From: Eledone cirrhosa
Lineage: Eukaryota
NCBI GenBank assembly: GCA_964016885.1
Contig: OZ024751.1
Coordinates: forward strand, 24,986,001-25,050,000
Reading direction: 5' to 3'
Length of the DNA: 64,000 nucleotides
Shown one piece after another: positions 28,469-41,567 of this stretch. Below the pieces are notes generated by a model. It was given only the letters and a program-made list of their open reading frames with translations, did no database searches and was not told the origin of the DNA. The number at the start of each line of letters is the position of its first letter. Positions within the stretch are counted from its first letter, which is position 1. The position numbers were made by a program, and so were the translations under genes.

Positions 28469-28766
28469 CGTGGTAAAGTAAGAAATCGGAGAATAGACTT
28501 TTAAAACACGTTTATTTAAAACAGCACCTACATACGTTTCGCCCAGTTGGGCTTCTCAAGGGCATAAATAATCAAAAGTGTTCCTTACATTGTAGGTGCT
28601 GTGTTAAATAAACATGTTTTAACGGTCTATTCTCCTATTTCTTACTTTCCCACGTGCTTATGCTCTGCTAACTCTCTAGCCCACTAAATATTAACACTTC
28701 GAATATTTAATACTGCCGGCACTAGTATCGAGCACCTTTGGCATACGCTACTTGGCAAATAACTAT
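28469..28766. mobile_element. Family H fold-back element with variant HHR at 28524-28563 (-)
   Basis: Arms about 28469-28532 and 28591-28654; reverse complement gccc-TTGAGAA-gcccaactgggc-GAAA-cgtatg-TA-ggtgc; tail motif tcgagcacc. Confidence 0.65.
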
Positions 28767-29223
28767 ATGTATCACCTATCCTCCCCTTTTATCCTCTCTC
28801 TCGATACGTAAATACTGTATATATATATGTATTCGAAAGTAAGGTTTTTTGTTGTATCCCACACGGGTAAAAGTGTAGCAAAAAGAAGCTGAAAATTCAA
28901 TTGAAGTCTTTTGGAAGTTTTCTTTACAATAATTTATAACTTTAAAGGTTTCTCAAATTTCAGGATTTTCAAAAGTTAAGAGGGATGGAAAAATGTGTGG
29001 CTATGCCGACTTGTAACTCGCACACCAACCCAACACACACACACAACACACACATACACCCAACACACACACACACATAGAGAGTCAGGTACAATTCTTG
29101 TTCATTTTGCTGATTGAAACATTATTATTATAGTAGTTATTATGAAAGATGTTTATGTTATTCATATATATAGAGCAAACATCAGATTAGAGCAAACATC
29201 ACTGGTGCTCTATCTCAAAATTA

Positions 29224-29368
29224 TTTTTGAAAAGCATTAGAAATGCGCAACCGGTAAAACCTAAAACCAAAACTGAATACTAACCAATACTTATTACTAA
29301 TTTTTACTTATTCCTAATTAAACTATTTTTCACTGGGAACAATTTGTCAGCATTTTCTTTTCCTTTTA

Positions 29369-29373
<5 letters not shown>
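29224..29373 (+). mobile_element. Family K element with degenerate U3-A8 HHR
   Basis: ttt-TTGAAAA-gcatt-aga-aatgc-gcaa-ccgg-TA-aaa; downstream part matches the palindrome at 49790-50008. Confidence 0.55.
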
Positions 29374-29413
<40 letters not shown>

Positions 29414-29457
29414 GTGTAAGTTTGTGTGTAAATATGTATATATTTATATATATATAT

Positions 29458-29542
<85 letters not shown>

Positions 29543-29558
29543 TATATATAATATATAT

Positions 29559-29601
<43 letters not shown>

Positions 29602-29602
<1 letters not shown>

Positions 29603-30044
29603 AAGTTTTATTTAAATTGTTGGGTTACAACGAGTAAATATTTATAACTGATATAAAAGCACTCAACAAGTATTTGGAGTATATTTACGATATTAAATAA
29701 ATGGAAACTATATTTATAAAACCATATTTATTTCATTATATATATTTCAGGCATATCATATTAAAAATATGGTATGCCTTCTTCAGACAAAATACAATAT
29801 AAACAGTCTTATAAATAGATAGATTTGACATACCTTTCAACTTCAACTTCCATTTAAAATGGAAAATCAACTTTTTAAATGGAAGTTGAAGTTGAAAGGT
29901 ATGTCAAATCTATCTATTTATAAGACTGTTTATATTGTATTTTGTCTGAAGAAGGCATACCATATTTTTAATATGATATGCCTGAAATATATATAATGAA
30001 ATAAATATGGTTTTATAAATATAGTTTCCATTTATTTAATATCG

Positions 30045-30045
<1 letters not shown>
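29602..30045 (-). mobile_element. Family E fold-back element with HHRs on both strands
   Basis: Arms of about 170 bp; HHR at 29729-29794 (-) and 29938-30003 (+); tail to the left. Confidence 0.85.
29938..30003 (+). ncRNA. Type I hammerhead ribozyme (family E)
   Basis: tattttgt-CTGAAGA-aggcata..catatt/aatatg..tatgcct-GAAA-tatata-TA-atgaaata. Confidence 0.85.
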
Positions 30046-30078
<33 letters not shown>

Positions 30079-30279
30079 AGTACATACGTATTTACTAGTT
30101 AGCTCACCAGAAGGAAGGTTAAAATTTAACCTTCCTTCTGATGAGCTAACTATTTTTATTGTCTTTAAAGCGTAGAAATATCCAAGACCCCCAGTAGACA
30201 ACTGTTGAGGACGCCCCCCCCCCCGTTTTTGCTTTCTTCTTATTCTCACTTCATTAACTACCAACTACACAGCCAATCC

Positions 30280-30361
<82 letters not shown>

Positions 30362-30362
<1 letters not shown>

Positions 30363-30639
30363 GTTGGTGTGGGTTGTAATGAAATGCCTCCGTGGGCGGT
30401 ATGCCGTTTGAGCACTCGATGATTATTATTTATAACGAGGAATCAGTGATACATCAAAACACAATTTATTAACATATTACATATGTTTCTCTGTCGATCA
30501 GTTCAAGGCAGGATCTGTTACAGATCGAATACAGAGTCGGGTTCGATCTGTAACAGATCCTGCCTTGAGCTGATCGACAGAGAAACATATGTAATATGTT
30601 AATAAATTGTGTTTTTATGCATTACTGATTCCTCGTTAT

Positions 30640-30640
<1 letters not shown>
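30362..30640 (-). mobile_element. Family I fold-back element (3' half of HHR: GAAA-catatg-TA)
   Basis: Arms about 30432-30529 and 30542-30639; tail with ggcggtatgccgtttgagcactc resembles family D. Confidence 0.7.
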
Positions 30641-30715
<75 letters not shown>

Positions 30716-30716
30716 T

Positions 30717-31076
30717 ACAAGGGTGTGTATGATTGTGTATAGAAGATTATATTAATAAGAGGAATTCCAACTTTGTCTGATTTACTCGTTTTATTTACAA
30801 TCCTTTAAAATTTATAATGGTATTATAATGAAATAGTATGACAGAATATTAAATGTTAAGTGTTAATTGAACAAATACTTTCATGCTTTCGCAATCTTCA
30901 GGTTCATAATGTGTGGTGACAGTAAAGTTTGCAATTTTCAACTGTCGAAACTTGACCACACATTATGAACCTGAAGATTGCGAAAGCATGAAAGTATTTG
31001 TTCAATTAACACTTAACATTTAATATTCTATCATACTATTTCATTATAATACCATTATAAATTTTAAAGGATTGTA

Positions 31077-31081
<5 letters not shown>
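30717..31081 (-). mobile_element. Family F second copy, HHRs at 30868-30906 (-) and 30966-31004 (+)
   Basis: tgaac-CTGAAGA-ttgcgaaagcat-GAAA-gtat-TT-gttca on both arms; different fold-back junction from the 22630 copy. Confidence 0.85.
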
Positions 31082-31154
<73 letters not shown>

Positions 31155-31972
31155 AGTATTGGTGCTCTGAAATACCGATGTATATACGAAGGTACGTTTA
31201 GTATATTTGATAATATACTGTATGTTTATTTAAAAAACATTTTGAAGACCATTATCTATGAATTTTAAAGTAGTGACTACGTCACGTACTTAGTCTCGGC
31301 AAAGAGAGTAAGTACGTGGGGTAGTCACTAATTTAAACAGGTGACCTAGACTACCTCGAATACTTGCAACACAGGAGACTCCGCTAAACACATCTCAATG
31401 CCGGGTGGTGGTGTTAAGTCATGTCTACCAACTAAGTGCGGAATGAAGAGGTTTCAACACAGAAGACACATATACCAACTCACCAACTTATTTATTATAG
31501 ACGGCTTTGCATTCTACAGCCACAAACTAATATTGGTTTCTGATTTAGACACCAGCCTTTGACACCAGCCTTTGATACCAGCCTTTGACACCAGCCTTTG
31601 ACCCAGGGCCACCAATTTTAATGTGAGCGTGTGTGTGTGTGTTTGGGGTTGATCGATTATATCGACACCAGTACTCTGATACAAGATCAGCAATTAATAT
31701 TTATATATAGGTATATATATAGGTACATAGGTATATATATGTATATATATACGTATATATATATGTGTGTGTATGTACGTACATGTGTATATATACGTAT
31801 ATATATGTGTATATATACGTATATATACACAGAAAGGTAAATAAATAAATAAATAAAATATACACATGCTATATATATACATATATATGTATATATAGCA
31901 TGTGTATATTTTATTTATTTATTTATATATTTATTTATGTGTATTTATGTATGTATCTATATATATACCGTT

Positions 31973-32030
<58 letters not shown>

Positions 32031-32251
32031 GATAAATCTACCAAGAGTTTACGGTAGTGTCCAATCCGTATGTGTTGGTATGTATATTAGATTTGATAGT
32101 TTGTATAATTTTGTATAATTTTGTACATAGATCTGTTGAATATGCATGCCAATTCTAACACATATATGTCCTAGAAACGATCGTTAAATAATGAACTTTT
32201 TTTGTTTAATATAAGGAACTGTTTCATTGTTTTATTCATTATTTTTTTAAT

Positions 32252-32291
<40 letters not shown>

Positions 32292-32561
32292 AACAAACAA
32301 ACACACGCGCACACATATATATGTATAACATACAGCTGAAGTACAGCTCGTGAAGATGTCCTGTCTCTAGTAAATTGGTAGTTAATATTATATGTTAACA
32401 GCCAAGATATTATGTCAGTAGCGTATCTTAACAGTAACTGACAGTTATTTGCCCGGAAGCTGTTTAGTTTAGATGTTTTCTCTCTTTCTGTTTGTAAATA
32501 TATACAATTGAATAGGAATAAAATGTGTTATCTCTATTCTCGATTTTATAAATCAATACAT

Positions 32562-32745
32562 GTTTCTACTTTTGGCACAAGGCCAGCAATTATCCCAGTG
32601 TATTTCTGGTACTTTATTTTATCGACGCCGTAAGGATGAAAGGCAAAGTTAAGCTCGGTGGGATTTGAACTCAGACCATAAAGCGCCGTAACTCTTTGCT
32701 GCAAAGCATGGCGTCCGACCCCCTACCGATACTGCCAATCCACCT
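32562..32745 (-). mobile_element. SINE family 1
   Basis: Near full-length reverse copy. Confidence 0.85.
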
Positions 32746-33652
32746 TTTATAAATCAAGAATATGATGCAGGATTTAATGTAATGTATGACATTCCTCTCA
32801 ACAAAATACATAGGTTTCTTTTTTGCAGTGGGTCTCTACACGACCGATGACAAGGGTGTAAGATGGTACCTATGGTTCCTCCGTTGAAACCTGTTGGATG
32901 TAGGGTATGAGTAAATCAAGAAGCCAACCTAGTCATGAATAATGACGCACTGATTCTCCTTGAGGTTTGCAGTAAATGTCCAGTGTACAGGTAAATATAG
33001 AAAGTTGAACACCTAGAATCTTCATCTTCACAACTAGAGAAAGATCCATTTATTTCCAGATTCACCACTATAGATTAAAATTAAAGATTAAATATATGAC
33101 TAACGCACGTACTGTCTCTTTAATTTTATTTACTAGACGCTCTTGTATTATCTGTCACATGCACTCCACCAAAAACTTTTAATTTTAATTTTGATTTTAA
33201 TCTTAATTTGAATTATTGTACAATTATAGTATAACATAATATATGTCGCATCCAACACTGTAACCATGAAACTGTTGTCCACAATATGTATCTGTATGAT
33301 TCTTCAGTGGAATAGGAGGTTAATTATATGTTCAAACATTATTAATAATGCTCCGAAGACTCCAAGCCTAGGTTTGGAAGAAACAATTGTCAGCAATTAA
33401 ATGTTCTTACATAACTTTGATTCTTGTGTATTCTATATTACTGCTCTGTAGAACAACTGATGTTCTCACATTGAGCTATTTATCTTACTGGTAATAAGGT
33501 GGTAATAAATTACTAACCTTACCTGTTTATAGTTGTTTATAGTATAATATATACATATATACATAGCTATAAATAGTATCCTTAATATTATATATATATA
33601 TATACATACATATGGATTTGTTATTGCTTGTGTGGTATGTAATTAACCTTTA

Positions 33653-33698
33653 TGCTCTGATGAGTCCCACTTATAGTGCGGATGAAACAATGTTAGCA
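33653..33698 (+). ncRNA. Type I hammerhead ribozyme in a (TA)n-flanked solo unit
   Basis: tgct-CTGATGA-gtcccacttatagtgcggat-GAAA-caatg-TT-agca, with outer cttta/taaag pairing. Confidence 0.8.
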
Positions 33699-33752
33699 AG
33701 TAAAGATATGCATATGCTATAGGCGTTCTTTGTTATTTATTATATTATATAT

Positions 33753-33842
<90 letters not shown>

Positions 33843-34490
33843 TATAGATATATAGAAATATATATATAGATATATGGATATATATATATAGATATATAGA
33901 TATATATTGTATGTTCCTTCCCCAGTAAATTTATAAAAAGAGGATTAAAACGTAACACCTAATTTCCTTGGCATGTTATCTTGTAAAAGGTTAATAAGGC
34001 ATGGCCGAATGTTTAACTAGTTTTATTCTTAGCCATTAGGTCTAGGGTTCGATCCCATTGTGTCATATTGGACAAATGACATTTACCATAGCTACAGAAA
34101 GGTACTTCTAAACTACAACTGATATTAATTGACAGTGATAATCATACCATCAGTGAAATCTTAGCTATGATATATCAGTTATGTAATGACGCGTTACACC
34201 TGATATATTACATCACTTATCTAACACAGACGGACCTTCTATGTTGATGTTATCTAAAATATTATGACATAGTGTATTCTCCAGTGTAACGACTGATATT
34301 ATGTTGATGGTGATGACGATGGTGATGCTGATGATAACGATGATGATGATGTTGTTGCTGAGTGTGATGAAGATGTTTTGTTTTCACTGCAGCATATACA
34401 GAAAAGATTATAAGTACATGGTAGAGATAAAAGGTAATGTATGTATGTATGTATGTATGTATGTATGTATGTATGTATGTATGTATGTTA

Positions 34491-35100
34491 TGTCAGGTCA
34501 CCAGTTGGTGCTACTGGTAACATGTATCCCAGTACAACCTGTCTCATGGTCGGGTCGTTGGCGACTAAACTGGCAACCCCACCAAGGTTTCTTGGTGAGG
34601 AGGGTGACTTTGGACATCCTGCAGGACTAAAAACAAAACCTGTCAAAGGGCAAGGGAGCTCTTAAGACTCAATAGCCATCCAAAATCACCGGGAGAGATG
34701 ACCCCTTAGCCTTTGTCAAGGCAGAATTCTAGGAGAAGGAAAACTCTGATATAACACCTGCAACCCTGATGGTATCCAATGATGTTGACTTGTTCTTCTT
34801 TTTGGTAAATATCATCTTGGTTAAGAGAGTGGGACTGGCTTTGTGCAGTGCCTTTGCTCACTATAAAAGCTTCACAGCACAGGCATTGCTTTATATCTGG
34901 AGATCTCTCTGCACTTGTCATCACATGGTACCATGGGCCCTGCACTATGTGTCAATAATGGTCACAAGTGTAGTCTTTGTGCCAGAGTTTTCAAGTCGCT
35001 GGCTGGACTAAAAAGTCACATTCGTTCAGCGCATCGGTAGGGGTTCTCCTACATGGATATAAAGTAGTGGCCGTACTCGAAAACGAGTTGGCAGCCACCA
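34491..35100 (+). mobile_element. Non-autonomous bipartite RTE derivative (5' UTR joined to 3' end), copy 1
   Basis: RTE-like 5' UTR motif taggagaaggaaaactctga; C2H2 finger HKCSLCARVFKSLAGLKSHIRSAHR* at 34963-35040; flanked by (TGTA)n. Confidence 0.7.
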
Positions 35101-35138
35101 TGTATGTATGTATGTATGTATGTATGTATGTATGTATG

Positions 35139-35843
35139 TTCTTCTGGTTTTATAATTTCTCAAAGTTTTACCAATAGAGAGAGAGTCGATTTCTAACAGA
35201 GACACAAGACTCTCTCAATGGAATTTACACATCAACTAGGTAGATATGTATGTATGCATGTGTAGATATGGATGTTATTGTATGTGTGGATGTGTATGTT
35301 TTGAGTTGTATGTGTGCATATGTATATGCTTTGTATCTGTACATGTGTATATGCAGTTATTAGATGCAACATTTTTGAAAAGTTTTACATATTTTTACTG
35401 TTCCATTAATGGATTGTACTTGTAATTTCCTAACTAGTTGTGTTCTTTCTGTTCCTGTGAAGCCTAGCTTCTCAAGATTTATATTGAGGCAGTTACTAAC
35501 ATACCCCAGTGCCCCAATAATCACAGGCATAAATCTGAAGGTGAAATCAGGGTGGAGTATCTGCAGATTTCTCATCAGTTCTGCATAAATATTCTCCTTG
35601 TATGTATGGATGTATGCATGTATGTTCTTCTGGTTTTATAATTTCACAGATTTTTACCAATAGAGAGAGAGTAGGTTTCTAACATAGACACAAGACTCTC
35701 TCATTGGAATATACACAACATCAACTAGGTAGATTATGTATGCATGCATGCATGCATGCATGTGTAGATATGGATGTTATTGTATGTGTGTATGTGTATG
35801 TTTTGAGTTGTATCTGTACATGTGTATATGTAGTTATTAGATA
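35139..35843 (-). pseudogene. Two tandem 3' ends of an R4/Dong-like RLE retrotransposon in (TACA)n
   Basis: KENIYAELMRNLQILHPDFTFRFMPVIIGALG..INGTVKICKTF (35360-35600). The 3' UTR is repeated at 35139-35360 and 35625-35843, each ending in (TACA)n. Confidence 0.65.
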
Positions 35844-35851
35844 AATTTCGT

Positions 35852-35911
35852 AACACCTTAAGATGTCACCGGGTTCCTACAGAAACCGGTCATTGAAATG
35901 TGTATAGTGTT
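35852..35911 (+). ncRNA. Degenerate hammerhead
   Basis: aacac-cttaaga-tgtcaccgg..ccggtcatt-GAAA-tgtgta-TA-gtgtt (G5 mutated); related motif at 39591-39648 (-) with intact CTGATGA. Confidence 0.5.
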
Positions 35912-36389
35912 TGTAATAAATCTTTAAGGAATTTCACCAGTCCAGCCTCCTAATAGTTGACGCTGTGCCTAAATCAGAAACCATCATAGTATGAGTGGAT
36001 GAGTGTTACACAAACACGTGGACTTTTAACGTAGTTTTGAGGGCAATTTAGTGTGACAAAGCAGGCTTTTGAATTCCATGTACAGTCCAACCTATATGAT
36101 AGTGTAAGTGGTTGAGTACTCCGTATCTTTTGAATTACAGAAACACTCCATCCAATGGGTTTCCAAACAGTTTCCATCTACCAAATTGCATTCACAAGGC
36201 ATGAGTCGAGCCGAGGCTGTGGTAAATTACATTTGACCAAGATATAACGTGGTGGGATCTAAATTAGAACTTTATGATTAAAATAGATTAAGTCTATCAG
36301 AGAAGAACAGAAACACTCATTGAACGGGCTTCCACACAGTTTCCGTTTACAAAATTACGTTAAAACTACGTTAATTAATTTCCGAGTAG

Positions 36390-37450
36390 CACATGTCTGG
36401 CAATTGACATGATCTGAGACTGTTGTACATGTCTGGTAAGTGACTTGATCTGAGATTGTGTTGTACATGTCTGGCAGGTGACTTGATCTGTGACTATGTT
36501 GTACATGTCTGGTAAGTGACTCGATCTGAGACTGTGTTGTACATGTCTAGCAAGTGACCTGATCTGAGACTGTGTTGTATATGTCTGGTAAGTGACATAA
36601 TCTGAGACTGTGTTGTACATGTTTGGAAAGTGACATGATCTGAGACTGTGTTGTACATGTCTGGCAGGTGACTTGATCTAAGACTGTGTTGTACATGTCT
36701 GGCAGGTGACTTGATGTGAGACTGTGTTGTACATGTTTGGCAGGTGACATGATCTGAGACTGTGTTGTATATGTCTGGTAAGTGACTTGATCTGAGACTG
36801 TCTTGTACATGTCTGGCAAGTGACTTGATCTGAGACTGTGTTGTATATGTCTGGTAAGTGACATAATCTGAGACTGTGTTGTGTATGTCTGGTAAGTGAG
36901 ATGATCTGAGACTGTGTTGTATATGTCTGGTTGGTGACTTGATGTGAGATTGTGTTGTACATGTCTGGCAAGTGACTTGATCTGAGACTGTGTTGTACAT
37001 GTCTAGCAAGTGACTTGATCTGAGACTGTGTTGTACATGTCTGGCAGGTGACATGATCTGAGACTGTCTTGTACATGTCTGGCAAGTGACTTGATCTGAG
37101 ACTGTGTTGTATATGTCTGCTAAGTGACATGATCTGAGACTGTGTTGTACATGTCTGGCAAGTGACTTGATCTGAGACTGTGTTGTATATGTCTGCTAAG
37201 TGACATGATCTGAGACTGTGTTGTACATGTCTGGCAAGTGACTTGATATGAGACTGTGTTGTACATGTCTGGTAGGTGACTTGATGTGAGATTGTGTTGT
37301 ACATGTCTGGCAAGTGACTTGCTCTGAGACTGTGTTGTACATGTCTGGCAATGACTTGATCTGAGACTGTGTTGTACATGTCTGGTAAGTGACTTGATCT
37401 GAGACTGTATTGTACATGTCTAGCAGGTGACTTGATCTGAGACTGTGTTG
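36390..37450. repeat. 38-bp minisatellite, about 28 copies
   Basis: Unit gatctgagactgtgttgtacatgtctggcaagtgactt; GATC at 36447, 36485, 36523 (spacing 38). Confidence 0.95.
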
Positions 37451-38247
37451 AAACTAAAGCAATTACTGTATAGAAGAGTCATTTTAACCATTTAAAACAT
37501 AGACTGTTAACTTTACATTATACACATCATTCTCTGCAATAATTGTTTACGCTAATTAAAGTTTATATTTAATCAACAGCCGTACCAATTCACATTGATG
37601 CAATTTACCATACAATTATCTAACAGTTTATTTTTAGCCACCAACAGCACCAGAGCCAGTTGAAATTACAGCAATGATACAAGAGACGTTAATAATTATT
37701 TTTCAATGTTTAATAAAGCATGTTTCATAAACATTGGGAAATTTTGCAATAATAACTTATAATTATGTATAAGCAAACATAATGAATGTGACGAGCCAAA
37801 TTAATTAGACGTAGTGTATCTAAGAATACATTATTCAAATGTATCATTTCTCTTTTTATGACTAGAATCTTATTTATAGCTGTGGTATTACATCGAGGTG
37901 GCTTTTCAAAAGGTTTAAGGATCATTTGAACCCGCTTAGAGTGAAAGCAGAAATTCTTTGCTTAAACGTTTAACCTGAACTAATATATATGTGCAAAATA
38001 TGCTTTTTGAATGTAACTGCTTTCTCTACGCTCAGTGTTTTGATAATGTATTTGAAGTTGGTAAACTTTATTTTATTCTCTATAATTTCCTGAAGATATG
38101 TGATTTATAGGTATTATGTATGATGTAGTTAATTGTTTTCCAATTGTTCTGCAAATACATATACCATTATGACCGTATTGAAACGGACGTAGGAATAAAG
38201 GAATAACTATAAGTTAAGCTTGATATTTTGTTATATTGAATATACGT

Positions 38248-38281
<34 letters not shown>

Positions 38282-38304
38282 GTGTGTGTGTGGTGTGTGT
38301 GTGT

Positions 38305-38960
38305 ATCATGGCGCCATAGTGTAGGCCAGTTCGCCCGATATGCCGCTCTCAACGACATAACGAGAAGAAGCTTCGACGCAGCCGGTTTCCGCCACAACTG
38401 GAATCAGCAGGCCTGAACTGTAGAGAAGGCAAGCGCCCCTAGGGAATTACCCTCTAGCTTTCGAAGGAGATAAATCCCTCATCTGGGATGCGACATGTGA
38501 CAAGTTCTCCACCTCCAAATTAGTCACCTTAGCCACAAATCCTGGCACCAGGGCTCCCAATGCAGAGGACAGATATACAAGTAATTACCGGGGATTTTCC
38601 AGCCGCTTCTTCTTTGCACCGGTGGCCGTCGAGACCCCAGGCATCCTCGGAACTCGGACAGCTGACCTCCTTCGTAAAATCGGAACGAGAGCAGTTCGAT
38701 TGAGGAAGGAGCTCCACGAGGTGGGGTAGTAGTTGCAGCGGGTGTCACTGGCTATTGTATGTGGGGCACAGCTGAAACAGCTCTGACCTTAGTGTAGAGT
38801 CTGTCAACCTTTCCCCTTTGCCCTTTCGTTCTTCCGTTGGCTAATAGTCCTTCCTCTTTCCAATCCGTTTCCTCTCATTTATGGCATTTATAGTACTTTC
38901 CAAAACTGCTTTTTTTTTGTATGTTTGATCAATTTATAGTTATATCAACAATAAAACTGT
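38305..38960 (+). pseudogene. CRE-like non-LTR retrotransposon RLE endonuclease / 3' fragment
   Basis: Frameshifted ARYAALNDITRRSF..GL..EGKRP*GITL..KSLIWDATCD resembles the RH..LND..GKRPDG..WD.T RLE signature. Confidence 0.6.
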
Positions 38961-39073
38961 ATTTAGAAAAAAACATAAAATAGTTGAAAATTATTTATTT
39001 ATGATCGTGATATGTAATTTTTACTTCTCTTTGGACAGCGTGGTAGACTAGTATTTTGCCCTCAATCTAGTAA

Positions 39074-39143
<70 letters not shown>

Positions 39144-39144
39144 A

Positions 39145-39185
<41 letters not shown>

Positions 39186-39186
39186 A

Positions 39187-39227
<41 letters not shown>

Positions 39228-39382
39228 AGTGGTAAGATATGATATGAAGGAGACAATATGTTAGAAATCAGGATATTACATACATCTATGTATATATATA
39301 TCTTTTCTCTCCCCCCTCCTTTTTTTAAATGTCTTTCCACCACTCCCCCACACACCCTCGGAACTCTCTTCCTACCCACTTT

Positions 39383-39413
39383 TCTCCTGATGAAGGGCTT
39401 ATGCCGAAACGTC
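39383..39413 (+). ncRNA. Minimal hammerhead core lacking the 3' strand of stem I
   Basis: tctc-CTGATGA-agggcttatgcc-GAAA-cg-TC; downstream bases do not pair with tctc. Confidence 0.5.
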
Positions 39414-39767
39414 GCCCCCCGCACTCTCAAGCGTGAAACTAATAGTAATATCATTTGTACTGCCTCTTCGTTTTTCTGTATTTTGTTCTCTGTTTACTTT
39501 AAAAAAAAAGAAAAAATATATATATATATATACATATGTAATTGTTATAAATAAAATAACAGGAGGCGGGAAATCCTTGAAAAGTTTATTATACAATGAT
39601 CACTTCAATGACAGGGTTCCGTATGAATCCGGTGATATCATCAGGTATTCGAAATATAACAAAGGAATATGAGTCCGAAAAATCAGAGACAGAGAGGACG
39701 ACTGACCAACTAGCTGCTTTCACCTCGGTCAGTCGCCATCAAGTGGTGAACCAACAAACCTAAATAA

Positions 39768-39829
<62 letters not shown>

Positions 39830-39835
<6 letters not shown>

Positions 39836-40140
39836 ATACTTGGGGAGGGTCATATTGTTGTAATAATATTGCCAGAATTAATAACAGAACACACTCACTG
39901 TTTGGTTGGTTTTCGCTTTTGTATCTTTTATATCAGTTAACTTATTCGGTCCTCAATGTTACCATTGACTGACCAACGGTCAAAAATACAGATATAATAT
40001 AGACACAAACACATATATATAGTCAAACAAAGTTCTTTCGTTGCACATCTGCAACATCGTCAGTGTTGTTATTATGTTTCCTCCCGTTGTATTGTATGTC
40101 TACGCCATCTTTATTTAATCTGTTTATTTATTTATTTATT
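39830..40140 (-). mobile_element. Family N-related pseudo-LTR copy
   Basis: Starts ttgttatacttggggagggtcatattgttg; close paralogue at 43161-43460, fragment at 25838-25950. Confidence 0.75.
40026..40067 (-). ncRNA. Type I hammerhead ribozyme (family N-related)
   Basis: Reverse complement aaca-CTGACGA-t-gttgca-gatg-tgcaac-GAAA-gaac-TT-tgtt. Stems I and II differ from the 772-814 copy but still pair. Confidence 0.85.
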
Positions 40141-40941
40141 TACATATATATACATATATATACTGCATCTATTTGTACGTGCACCCATATATATATGTGT
40201 GTGGCGTGTATGTGTACATTATACATAATACATATATATAAACAAATATGTATATATGTGAGTATCTCTCTCTCTCTCTCTCTCTCTCTAACTCTTTCTC
40301 TCTCCATATATATATATATATTAGCGTGGAAGATGGACGTTAACATACGTCCATGGATATTTCCTTCAATTATTTTACGAGAAAATTGAACGGAAAGAAA
40401 TTGTGACTTATTGTTAATTTGAATATATTCCTGAATTCTGTTTTACAACAATGAAATGCACTTCAATTTAATCGACTTTTCCCCCTCCCCAAATTGCTGC
40501 CTTGTGCCTAAAGTAGAAATCATTATATATGGTGAAATAAATCTATAACCCGACTAAAATTGCCCTCTATGTTGGTAATAAGAAAAAATATTCCGACTAA
40601 AATTTCCCTGTATACGTTTAATAATAATAAAAAAAAAAGACACGTCTTATATTTCCTTGCATGAAGTTAATAAGAAATATATTTTCCTGTTAAGAAATAA
40701 AGACCCGATTTCAATTTCCCTTAGGATGTAACTCGAGACACGTTTTCCTAAATACGAGAAATTATCTCTTCTTATTGAGAATCGATAATAAATGCCACAT
40801 TTTAGTTATAGTTCTCAATTTTAGAGAATAATTTAAGATGTGTGTATAACTTAAGATATATGTTCGTATCTATATACATATGTGTATCCCCCCCTCTCTC
40901 TCTCTCTGTATATATATATATGTATATATGTATATACATGG

Positions 40942-40978
<37 letters not shown>

Positions 40979-40998
40979 GCATTATTACATATATACAC

Positions 40999-41031
<33 letters not shown>

Positions 41032-41034
41032 TAT

Positions 41035-41100
<66 letters not shown>

Positions 41101-41111
41101 ATGTATGTATG

Positions 41112-41160
<49 letters not shown>

Positions 41161-41164
<4 letters not shown>

Positions 41165-41383
41165 ATAATAATAAATTTGAAGACTAAAATCCAAAGAGGG
41201 CTCGATAAGGATAAATATATATCAAATATATAAGAAACGTAGAGCAAATATTTATTAAAATAACAGATTAAAGTTTAAGCAAAGAATCGCTGCTTTCACC
41301 CTTAACGGGATCTTCTGAAACTAACCAGAAGATCCAGTTAAGGGTGAAAGCAGCGATTCTTTGCTTAAACTTTAATCTGTTAC

Positions 41384-41390
<7 letters not shown>
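41161..41390 (-). mobile_element. Family G fold-back element (CAGAAGA-core HHR-like motif)
   Basis: Arms flank ctgaaactaaccag; tail to the left. Confidence 0.8.
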
Positions 41391-41433
<43 letters not shown>

Positions 41434-41536
41434 CTTTTATAATCTTATAAGAGGAATTTCCAATAATTGTTGCAGTAAGTTTAGTTAATGAATTGGATAG
41501 TGGTAGTAGTAACAGTGCTGGTAGTAGTAGTAGTAA

Positions 41537-41567
<31 letters not shown>

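Noticed and set aside
32815-32865. Possible 29-nt micro-exon (ttttgcag...gtaaga)
   Set aside because: Splice-like motifs alone are insufficient; no recognisable peptide or partner exons.
34491-34580. Canonical HDV-like or twister ribozyme
   Set aside because: Could not assign P1/P3/L3 or the twister pseudoknots consistently; kept only as an unexplained structure.
36375-37417. ORFs of up to 233 aa, and a possible CRISPR-like array
   Set aside because: Products of a 38-bp tandem repeat; no unique spacers, no cas genes, eukaryotic context.
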